Assembly: GCA_041494885.1 (NCBI GenBank) | Contig: JBGQBO010000007.1 | Location: 851 to 64,850 of the forward strand | DNA length: 64,000 bases | Reading direction: 5' to 3' | Source: Terriglobia bacterium | GTDB lineage: Bacteria > Acidobacteriota > Terriglobia > JAIQFV01 | Part shown: in pieces, positions 9,234 through 16,917 of the stretch | How the letters are laid out: the number at the start of each line of letters is the position of its first letter | Position numbering within the stretch: the stretch's first letter is position 1 | Position numbers and translations under genes: made by a program | Notes under the pieces: model-generated | Told to the model about the DNA's origin: nothing | Seen by the model: only the letters and a program-made list of their open reading frames with translations | The model's database searches: none

Positions 9234-9812
9234 ATGGACCATTTGACACTCAAAGCACAACTTGAAGAACTCCATCCTGAGAGTTACGGCTGGGCGATGA
9301 GTTGTTGTCGGCGAAATCCCGGGAACGCTGAAAGTGTCCTCCAGACCGTCTATCTCAAGATCCTGGAAGGGAGGGCGCGATTCGATGGAAAGTCGGTCTT
9401 AAAGACATGGGTGTTTTCCGTCATTCGGAAAACGGCTGCCGACAAGAGACGGCGAGAGCTGTTTTTCAATTTCAGGCATGTCAAGTCCGAGGACGCCGAG
9501 GGATACCCCGCCCGGGATTCAAGTCCGGATGAAAGACTATACCAGTCCGAAATTCATAGGCTGTTTCGACAGGCGCTTGCCGCCCTGCCCCGGCGGCAGC
9601 GGGAGGTTCTTCAACTGGTTTTCTATCACGGCCTGAACCTCAGCGAGGCGGCTCAAGTAATGGATGTGTCTTTGGGGAGTTCTCGAACCCACTACGAGAG
9701 GGGAAAGAAAAGACTCCGTCAAATTTTGCTGAAAGCGAAAGGATTCCATGATTCAGGGGTTGGACGAAGAGACATTCCAGGAGTGGTTCCAGGAACTGAA
9801 ACGGGAGGATAA
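9234..9812 (+). CDS. ECF RNA polymerase sigma factor
   Basis: Region 2 (LQTVYLKILEGRARFDGKSVLKTWVFSVIRKTAAD) and region 4 (LPRRQREVLQLVFYHGLNLSEAAQVMDVSLGSSRTHYERGKKRLR). Confidence 0.85.
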   Translation: MDHLTLKAQLEELHPESYGWAMSCCRRNPGNAESVLQTVYLKILEGRARFDGKSVLKTWVFSVIRKTAADKRRRELFFNFRHVKSEDAEGYPARDSSPDERLYQSEIHRLFRQALAALPRRQREVLQLVFYHGLNLSEAAQVMDVSLGSSRTHYERGKKRLRQILLKAKGFHDSGVGRRDIPGVVPGTETGG

Positions 9813-10245
9813 ACGCACAGCCGCCTCCTTCGACCGTACATGGCGGGCCTCGTTAGCGCGCGTAGGAGACGCTCGCCGGCGGCCTCCTGTCATCCCGCTC
9901 GCCGTGACAGCCCTGGCTCTGATCGTAGTTTGTGCATCCTTGCTCATCTATCTCCATCACACCCTGAAGCTGTTAACTCCATTAGTAACTTCGAGACAGC
10001 CTTCGCAAGGGTCGGGATCGCAGGGCGAGACCTATCCGCCCTCTATCGGATCTCATGAAAAACTTCTAAAACACCCGACTCGGGAAGAGCCGCCATACCC
10101 TCCCTCAATCCATTCAATTTCAGAATGGAGGTCACCTACTGCTTTTCTGTTGCGGCCTCCCGGTGACTCCCTCTTGACGGATGTCCCCGATCTAAAGAAG
10201 TCATTGATCCGGATCGATATAATCAAAACAGTCACATTCAATTGA
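9748..10245 (+). CDS. Putative single-pass anti-sigma factor
   Basis: Overlaps the sigma gene 3' end. Short cytoplasmic N-domain, one TM (VIPLAVTALALIVVCASLLIYL), Pro/Ser-rich exterior. The call rests on position. Confidence 0.45.
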   Translation: MIQGLDEETFQEWFQELKREDKRTAASFDRTWRASLARVGDARRRPPVIPLAVTALALIVVCASLLIYLHHTLKLLTPLVTSRQPSQGSGSQGETYPPSIGSHEKLLKHPTREEPPYPPSIHSISEWRSPTAFLLRPPGDSLLTDVPDLKKSLIRIDIIKTVTFN

Positions 10246-10257
10246 ACTGGAGGAAGT

Positions 10258-10704
10258 ATGAAATTGAAGATTTCCGTATTCGGCGTCCTGCTGCTCCTTT
10301 GCAGCATCGTGATTTTTTCCCAGCAGCCCACGCCCAGTCCCCAGCCCACGCCCGATCCCATTGGCGAAAGCTTTTTCCCGCCGGAGCTGGTGATGCAAAA
10401 CCAGCAATCCCTCGGGCTCAGCGACGTTCAGAAGAACACCTTGAAGGGAGAGATTCGCAAAGCACAAACGCGATTTACCGAACTGCAGTGGCAGCTCCAG
10501 GATGAAGGTGAGAAAATGGTCGCGTTGGTGAAAGAGGAGCACGTCGACGAACAGCGCGCGCTCGCTGAGTTGGACAAGATCCTCGACCTTGAGCGCGAGA
10601 TCAAGCGGGCCCAGATTTCATTGGTGGTCAAAATCAAGAACACGCTGACAGCGGAGCAGCAGGCCCACCTTCAAGCCCTAAAGGGGAAACCCCGTGAGAG
10701 ATGA
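10258..10704 (+). CDS. Spy/CpxP-family periplasmic protein (LTxxQ repeat)
   Basis: Signal peptide MKLKISVFGVLLLLCSIVIFSQ. Helical protein with LSDVQ and LTAEQ (LTxxQ-type) motifs. Confidence 0.55.
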   Translation: MKLKISVFGVLLLLCSIVIFSQQPTPSPQPTPDPIGESFFPPELVMQNQQSLGLSDVQKNTLKGEIRKAQTRFTELQWQLQDEGEKMVALVKEEHVDEQRALAELDKILDLEREIKRAQISLVVKIKNTLTAEQQAHLQALKGKPRER

Positions 10705-10917
10705 CCGATTCATCCGGAAAGATTGTGGATCGTAAATTCGGTAAGCCCGGTAAAGCACGGTTTCACAGGAGGCTCTTCCGAGGTAAATGAAAAGGCGCTC
10801 CCGACTTTTGTATTCATACCAGGAATTGTCCATGGTACCAGAGCTATAGATATTTTCTAGGAAGAATCCCGCCAGCGGATGCGGGGGATTATTCCATTCC
10901 AGCCTACAACATTTTGG

Positions 10918-11054
10918 GGGTCAGGCTTCCATATTCCATAATTCCAAGACACTCGTGCCAGCCGCGCTCAAATCGAAAAACACTTTGTGGAACGTGGAAG
11001 CCTGACCCGAAAATTCTACTTTGTGGAACGTGGAAGCCTGACCCGAAAATTCTA
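10918..11054. repeat. Perfect 36-bp tandem duplication plus an upstream inverted partial copy
   Basis: ctttgtggaacgtggaagcctgacccgaaaattcta at 10983-11018 and 11019-11054 (identical). gggtcaggcttcca at 10918-10931 is the reverse complement of the tggaagcctgaccc core. Confidence 0.9.
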
Positions 11055-11554
11055 AGGAAAAAAGGGGATCTACCGAATGGAGCGCTTACAATCCTGATCC
11101 GGCTCGCTGGAATATATCCGTCTTGGCGAATTGACTTTTATTTGGCGGTTATAGCTTGGTTTTCATTTTGAATTTGGATTTCGAAATTTGAACTTTGATC
11201 ATTTCAAGCAGATTTTTCAATACTTCCGCTAGCGTAACGTTTCATCGGACCGGTGTGAATTCTCCTTGAATTTACATCGGGTGAGTTCTACACTCCTTGC
11301 TGAAAAGGCGACCCTTCATTTTCTTAGCGTTGCTCACGCATCGCGTGATTCAACCAGCGAAGTAGAAGTTTTCCTTACCTATCGAAATTTCATTAGTCAT
11401 CGACGTTGCTCTCCGCGTTGCGCAAAGGAGGCCCCCCAGAGATTTATAGACAAATCAAATTCGTGTTCCTATGTAGGGAAGGTGAGGCCTAACCCCAGTG
11501 ACGTCTTATTGATTGGAAATGCGCGAACCACACCTGACCTCACGGAGGTGTCAA

Positions 11555-12754
11555 ATGTCGGCTACAACATCCCACGCGTCGCCATTCATGAAGCAGCATC
11601 AACCCGTTGATTTGGGTAGCCGACCTCGCCGGTACACCCTTTGTGTGACGCTTCGATGCAATCTCGCCTGTGCTTACTGCTACGTTGGCAAGAACCATGC
11701 GACAATGTCGTTGGCGACCTCCCGGCGGGCGCTTGATTTTATTTTTCGTCACGCGCCGCCCAACAGCAGCATTGAAATCGGTTTTTTTGGCGGGGAGCCG
11801 CTTCTGGAATTCCCTCTTGTCCAAAATATCACAGACTTGGTGGAGACCCATCCGTCATACGATCCCGCGCGGGTTAGCCTTACGGTCACCACCAACGGCA
11901 CGATTTTCTCGGATGCGATCGCAACTTTCTTGAAAGCTCATGCCTTCAAAGTTTGTATGAGCTGCGACGGACCGCCTCATGTGCAGAACCTTTTTCGGCG
12001 CACCTCTGAGGGAAAGGAAACGGCACCAATGGTCGAGCGCACACTGATGCTCGCCCAGCAGGCATTGTCTCCCGTTCTCGTTAACGCCGTTTATCATCCG
12101 CAGACTCTTCGTCACTTGCCCGAGACCTTGGACTATCTGTCGGGATTGGGGTTGCGACAGATTTTCCTTAATCCCGATTACTCAGCAAGGTGGACACGAC
12201 TTGAAGCGGAAGAACTGCCGGCGGTCTATCGCGCCTTGGCAGACCGCTACATCACCTGGTATCTTAATCACGACCCCCATTTTGTGAGCTTGATCGACAC
12301 GAAAATCGCTGTTCTTATTCGCGGAGGCTACCATCCTCTGGAGCGATGCCAGATGGGGACTGGGGAGTTGACCATCGCGCCTGACGGCGGATTGTATCCG
12401 TGCGAACGGCTAATTGGATCAGGTACCGATAGACAGCATCAGATCGGCTCCGTTGAACACGGCGTGGACCTGTCCCGGCTTGCTTGCCGGCAAGCTCCTG
12501 GCGACCAACTCAACCCTGAATGCAACGATTGCTCGATGAAAGACTGCTGCATGAATTGGTGTGGCTGCTCGAACGCCTTCATGACGGGCTATTACAACCG
12601 CGTGGGGCCATTCCTCTGCACGTCAGAACGCGTCGCGATTCAAACCGCCCTGGAGGTCTTCACAAGGCTGGAGCGTCAGCTTGGTCCCGTGTTCCTCCAC
12701 CATTTGAGTGGGGCCCCGCAACGCAACAGCCAATTGAAACAAAAGGAGAGTTGA
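11555..12754 (+). CDS. Radical SAM enzyme with C-terminal SPASM domain (anSME-like / peptide- or protein-modifying maturase)
   Basis: CNLACAYCY (CxxxCxxC) near the N-terminus, GGEPLL. Cys-rich SPASM tail (CQMG...YPCERL...CNDCSMKDCCMNWCGCSNAF...FLCTSE). ATG 11555 follows a GGAGG RBS. Confidence 0.85.
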   Translation: MSATTSHASPFMKQHQPVDLGSRPRRYTLCVTLRCNLACAYCYVGKNHATMSLATSRRALDFIFRHAPPNSSIEIGFFGGEPLLEFPLVQNITDLVETHPSYDPARVSLTVTTNGTIFSDAIATFLKAHAFKVCMSCDGPPHVQNLFRRTSEGKETAPMVERTLMLAQQALSPVLVNAVYHPQTLRHLPETLDYLSGLGLRQIFLNPDYSARWTRLEAEELPAVYRALADRYITWYLNHDPHFVSLIDTKIAVLIRGGYHPLERCQMGTGELTIAPDGGLYPCERLIGSGTDRQHQIGSVEHGVDLSRLACRQAPGDQLNPECNDCSMKDCCMNWCGCSNAFMTGYYNRVGPFLCTSERVAIQTALEVFTRLERQLGPVFLHHLSGAPQRNSQLKQKES

Positions 12755-12755
12755 T

Positions 12756-12824
12756 ATGAAAAACGTCCGCTCCCCGCCATCGGGCATGATGAAACAACAC
12801 GTCGGCGAGACGACAACTCACTGA
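12756..12824 (+). CDS. Unannotated 22-codon ORF translationally coupled to the radical SAM gene (MKNVRSPPSGMMKQHVGETTTH)
   Basis: The ATG lies 1 nt after the rSAM stop (TGAtATG). AAGGAG sits 7 nt upstream. Below the 60-aa ORF-track cutoff. No other support. Confidence 0.25.
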   Translation: MKNVRSPPSGMMKQHVGETTTH

Positions 12825-12850
12825 GGCTAAAAACAGAAGGAGGCTAAGCT

Positions 12851-13216
12851 ATGGCTAAGGGAATTGACTTGAATATTATCCTAGGTGGCCGGGGCGGCAA
12901 TTGGGCCTACTTTGTCAAGAACCAAAAACTGATCGGCGAGTTCATCCGGGTCAACCAAATCAAGCCCAGTACGATTGGACCGACCCCCGCTGTGGGGGCA
13001 CGATCTGCAAAAGCCTTCATTGATCTGGGCATTCGCGGCGGAATCAGGGTTGCGCATCTACACTTCAACGACAAGATATACCTACTGGATGCGGAGCAGT
13101 GGGCTAAGTTCTCGGGGAGCATCATTGCCAACTCGAAGGCCAAGCTGGCGAGAGTCAAAGAAGTCAGCTTTGAAGAAGGCATGGCGCTGGGGAGCGTGAC
13201 GCAAACGCTGACCTGA
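12851..13216 (+). CDS. Hypothetical 121-aa protein, no recognisable family
   Basis: Strong RBS GAAGGAGG 8 nt before the ATG. Balanced composition, unlike the Ser/Pro/Leu/Arg-rich antisense ORF 12907-13353. Confidence 0.6.
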   Translation: MAKGIDLNIILGGRGGNWAYFVKNQKLIGEFIRVNQIKPSTIGPTPAVGARSAKAFIDLGIRGGIRVAHLHFNDKIYLLDAEQWAKFSGSIIANSKAKLARVKEVSFEEGMALGSVTQTLT

Positions 13217-13381
13217 GGCTGGGAGCCAGGGGACAGGTGATCGAGCCTTGCGAGGCCCGGCGGCAAAAGCGAGGGGACCTGGTCTCCAAATTCAACGAGT
13301 CGATTCATTGATGGATGAGACCGGGTCCTACAAATCTCGCAGCACGGGCGCATTACTGCCCGTCGAACACTGCCCGTCCAT

Positions 13382-13846
13382 TTACAGCGACTTCAAATAC
13401 TCGATCAGATCGGCCTTTTCCTGGTTGGTCAGCCCAAGGTGGAACTGGGTATCGTAGTGCTCGACCACATCCCTGAGGGTTGCGAATCGGCCGTCGTGGT
13501 AAAACCCGCAGGAGGTATGGCTCCACAAGCCTTTCAGCGGAGCTGTGCGATAAGCATGATCGGGGGCTCGATTGGACTGGAAATCATCGATTCCCATTTC
13601 TTGAGCCGTGTGCATGTTCCATCCCGGTTCGGTGAATAGCGGTGGAACGTGGCAGGTGGAGCATTGGGCCCTGCCTTTGAAAACCTCTTGACCGCGTTGG
13701 GCGGCCTCGTGATTGAATGTGTTCGCGGGAGGTGCCGGTGCCGGGATGGCCAACTGGTAAACGTGCAGGTCGGGCAACTTGTCTGTAATCAGGTCTTCGG
13801 AACTCCGAACGTTATTGTAGCCCGCTTCTGCAGCATTGGAGATCAC
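13382..13846 (-). pseudogene. C-terminal heme domain remnant of a di-heme cytochrome c peroxidase/MauG-like protein
   Basis: CSTCH heme motif and the CCP/MauG-type tail GLWSHTSCGFYHDGRFATLRDVVEHY. The N-terminal heme domain and signal peptide are missing, and the frame closes about 13846. Confidence 0.55.
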
Positions 13847-14030
13847 AGAAGAGAATGTGAAAGTCCAACTTCATCGGGGCCGAGCCATGATGCGCAGGGA
13901 CCTTTTTGCGCGAGTCGGCGAAACCACAAAAGAGACATTCTCCTTCATGGGGGCACGCTGCGACCGTGTCGTGCAGCGCGTATTTCAACGACTGGCAAAA
14001 TCCAGCACTAAGGACTCCTCGGTAATGTGA
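13836..14030 (+). pseudogene. C-terminal fragment of an ECF sigma factor (region 4 only)
   Basis: NVKVQLHRGRAMMRRDL resembles the end of the sigma-70 region 4 HTH, followed by a short tail. There is no region 2. It abuts the truncated CCP remnant on the opposite strand. Confidence 0.4.
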
Positions 14031-14258
14031 ACTCCCCGTACGTCCTGATATAACCGCAAGACCGTTGCAAAAGATCGCGAACCCCATACTCCCCCTCATG
14101 ACGGCAGTAGAGCTCTCTGCCGTTACCAGTGCCCGAACTCGAATTCGCAAGGAAGAAAATCTGCGTCCCTGGAGGGAACCTGGGCTCCAGACGTCCCTGA
14201 GTTCCTAACTCCTGAGGGACTGTCGCTAGGGGCAGTCCCTCCGAGTGTCGCCTGGTGG

Positions 14259-14453
14259 TTGTGGAGAACTATTTATCTGAGCAAACTCCCCCGATTTGAG
14301 AAAAAGGTGCGGGTCGCACTCGATTGGACGATGGACATTCTCTTCTCCAAGGATCTTGTCCAGTTCCTGACCGTGCGCGCTCCCAGTGTCTCTCGTTCAG
14401 AGGAGGATCCCCCGGTTCGCGTCGTCTCCGATGTCGTCGCCCGAGGCGGTTGA
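14259..14453 (+). pseudogene. C-terminal remnant of a type II NADH dehydrogenase (NDH-2)-like flavoprotein
   Basis: (W)WLWRTIYLSKLPRFEKKVRVALDWTMDILFSKDL matches the conserved NDH-2 C-terminal membrane-anchoring helix region. No FAD/NAD Rossmann domains lie upstream (in-frame stop at 14046-14048). Confidence 0.45.
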
Positions 14454-14710
14454 TCTTTCCTCAATGCCAGCCCACCGATGATAGCCACATCTGGACATAA
14501 AGCGAAAGAGAGACTACATTTAGTAATCAAAGCAGACTGATTGGCACGTGAGCCTTTGGGTGAGCTCATACATTCTCATTCGATTATGAGATCGCGTTGG
14601 CTGAGTCTTTCCACGATAATGCGCGGCAGATCCGCTGACTATCGCGAGGGTCCCCGCCAACAGCACTACCTTTAATCATTTACACGGGATGGTAACCAGG
14701 AGGTCCCTCT

Positions 14711-16081
14711 GTGAAATATGACGCCATTGTGATTGGATCCGGACAAGGTGGAAATCCTCTTTCGCATAACCTGGCGGATCGAGGTTTCAACGTGGCCCTC
14801 ATCGAGAAGGCACACTTGGGCGGGACTTGCATTAACACCGGCTGTACCCCGACCAAGACCATGGTTCATAGCGCCCAGGTGGCCCATTACGCCCGAAGCG
14901 CCGACCGCTGGGGCGTGCGAGCCGCGGATGTCAGCGTCGACTTGCCTGCCGTTGTTGCACGAAAAAACAAGATCGTCCAGTCCTTCCGCGAGGGCCAACA
15001 GCGCCGCGTGGATGCGCGCAAGACCCTGCGCTTGCACCGAGGGGAAGCACGCTTTGTTGCCCCGCACCGGGTTCAAGTAAACGATGAGGTACTCGAAGGC
15101 GAAAAGATTTTTATAAACACAGGGACGAGGACCAACCTCCCTCTCCTGCCGGGCCTGGATTCCATAGATTACCTGACCAACGCCAGTATCATGGAGCTGA
15201 AGGAATTGCCGGAACATTTGCTGGTGCTGGGCGGCGGTTACATTGGCCTGGAGTTTGGACAGATGTTTCGCCGATTTGGCAGCCGCGTGACTGTCATCCA
15301 TCGCGGGGGTCAACTCCTGCCGCGAGAAGATGGCGACGTTACAACAGAACTGCAAAAAGCCCTCGAGGCGGAAGCCATTACGTTCCTGCTCAATGCCAAC
15401 TCGACCCGCGTGGAGAAAAAAGATGACCAAATTCACCTGACCGTTGACGCCGGAAACTCAATGAGGACGTTGGTCGGATCTCACCTTCTCGTGGCGGTGG
15501 GCCGAAGGCCCAATAGCGACCAGCTTGGCTTGGATACGACGGGAGTCGAAACCGACAAGGACGGTTTTATCAAGGTCAATGGCCGCCTGGAGACGAATGT
15601 TCCCGGCATCTGGGCCCTGGGTGATGTCAAAGGGGGTCCTGCTTTCACCCACATCTCCTACAATGATTTTCAGATCATCTATGGCAACCTGATGGAGGAC
15701 AAAAACCTGACCATCGAGAACCGCATGGTGCCCTATTCCGTTTTTACCGACCCTCAGCTCGGAGGGGTTGGCATGACCGAGAAGGAAGCAAGGAAAAAAG
15801 GATTTCGGTTGAAGATCGGAAAGATTCCCATGAGCTATGTGGCCCGGGCAATAGAACGCGACGAAACCGCCGGCCTCATGAAGCTAGTCGTGGACGCTTC
15901 AAACGACCGTATCCTGGGAGCATCTATCCTGTCCCCGGAAGGAGGAGAACTCGTCCAGATTGTTGGAACCGTTATGCGCGCCGATCTTCCGTATACGTTT
16001 TTAAAGGGAGCCGTCTATATTCATCCGACCCTCGCGGAGGGCTTTTTCTCCTTGATGGAGGACGTTAAGCCGGTCGATTGA
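14711..16081 (+). CDS. Class I pyridine nucleotide-disulfide oxidoreductase (mercuric reductase / RclA-like)
   Basis: GSGQGG FAD motif, redox-active disulfide GGTCINTGCTPTK, NAD motif VLGGGYIGLEFG, GDVKGGPAFTH, C-terminal dimerisation domain. GTG start after a GGAGG RBS. Confidence 0.85.
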   Translation: MKYDAIVIGSGQGGNPLSHNLADRGFNVALIEKAHLGGTCINTGCTPTKTMVHSAQVAHYARSADRWGVRAADVSVDLPAVVARKNKIVQSFREGQQRRVDARKTLRLHRGEARFVAPHRVQVNDEVLEGEKIFINTGTRTNLPLLPGLDSIDYLTNASIMELKELPEHLLVLGGGYIGLEFGQMFRRFGSRVTVIHRGGQLLPREDGDVTTELQKALEAEAITFLLNANSTRVEKKDDQIHLTVDAGNSMRTLVGSHLLVAVGRRPNSDQLGLDTTGVETDKDGFIKVNGRLETNVPGIWALGDVKGGPAFTHISYNDFQIIYGNLMEDKNLTIENRMVPYSVFTDPQLGGVGMTEKEARKKGFRLKIGKIPMSYVARAIERDETAGLMKLVVDASNDRILGASILSPEGGELVQIVGTVMRADLPYTFLKGAVYIHPTLAEGFFSLMEDVKPVD

Positions 16082-16102
16082 AACAAACGCTGGGGATTCA
16101 AA

Positions 16103-16501
16103 ATGGTGGGCACAGGTCAGTTCCGGTTCTCATTTTTTACCCGCGAATATGAGGGGACGATCTCTTTTTACCGCGAAGGCCTGGAATTCCCTGTGCTCGA
16201 GTCGTGGGATCGCACCCCCGATGACCGAGGAACTCTTTTCGGCGCCGCCTCGGGGATCATCGAGGTACTCAAGCTGCCGCAGGAGGGCCATGGCTCCCAT
16301 CTCTGGGATGATCGACCGCCGCAAGGTGCATTCATGGTCATCGAGGTCAACGACCTCGAATACCGCTACCGTCGGGCGGTCGAGAAGGGCCTCCCAATTC
16401 AGCAGGAGCTGACGGATCAGGCATGGGGGCATAAGAGCTTCTGCCTCACCGACCCCAATGGTCTTACCCTTTACTTCTTCAGAGAGGCTGGCAAGGATTA
16501 G
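16103..16501 (+). CDS. VOC/glyoxalase-fold family protein
   Basis: 132 aa, two beta-alpha-beta-beta-beta-like halves (FRFSFFTREYEGTISFYREGLEF ... KSFCLTDPNGLTLYFF). Confidence 0.7.
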   Translation: MVGTGQFRFSFFTREYEGTISFYREGLEFPVLESWDRTPDDRGTLFGAASGIIEVLKLPQEGHGSHLWDDRPPQGAFMVIEVNDLEYRYRRAVEKGLPIQQELTDQAWGHKSFCLTDPNGLTLYFFREAGKD

Positions 16502-16563
16502 TCAAAGGTATTTGAAATTGATTCTTTTTCTGGCTCAGTCGAGAAACTTTTGTTCTGGATGCT

Positions 16564-16661
16564 GAAGTCAAAAGTCAGAAGCCAGAGGTCGGATAAAAAA
16601 CCCCCGATTCGAAGAGCCGAAACCTGAAAGCGTGCCCTTCTCTTGACCTCTGACCTCTTCC
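16564..16661. repeat. Short-period (7-8 nt) purine-rich repeat with inverted pyrimidine-rich partner
   Basis: gaagtcaaaagtcagaagccagaggtcgga (16564-16593) versus cttctcttgacctctgacctcttcc (16637-16661), about 60 nt downstream of a stop codon. Confidence 0.7.
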
Positions 16662-16799
16662 GCCTTGGCCGACTCCCCTGCCACGAAGATCCCATCATGG
16701 CCTCATCTAACTCTCATTCCAACTTTCATATTAATTTCTCTCCGAGGTCTGTCTTTTAGTAGAATGGCAGTTCTTGTCTCAAACGCGCATCAAGGACTC

Positions 16800-16877
16800 C
16801 GAAGCCAGAGGTCGGAAGCACGAGAAACCACCCCGTAGATGATTCATCCGACTTCTGTCTTCCGACCTATGGCTTCG
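16800..16877. repeat. 19-bp inverted repeat (1 mismatch) forming a long hairpin just upstream of the GH63-like gene
   Basis: cgaagccagaggtcggaag (16800-16818) and cttccgacctatggcttcg (16859-16877). It shares the gaagccagaggtcgga core with 16578-16593. Confidence 0.8.
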
Positions 16878-16917
16878 TTCGAAATAGGCCGATGCCCACA
16901 TTCGAAGGAAATAGACC

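Noticed and set aside
10983-11054. CRISPR array.
   Set aside because: There are only two directly abutting identical units with no spacers. The other repeat tracts have 7-8 nt periods. No cas genes are in the window.
11555-12824. Shared MKQH tetrapeptide between the rSAM N-terminus and the 22-aa ORF as evidence of duplication.
   Set aside because: It is only 4 residues (12 nt with 3 synonymous differences). That is too short to distinguish from chance, so it is kept only as a note.
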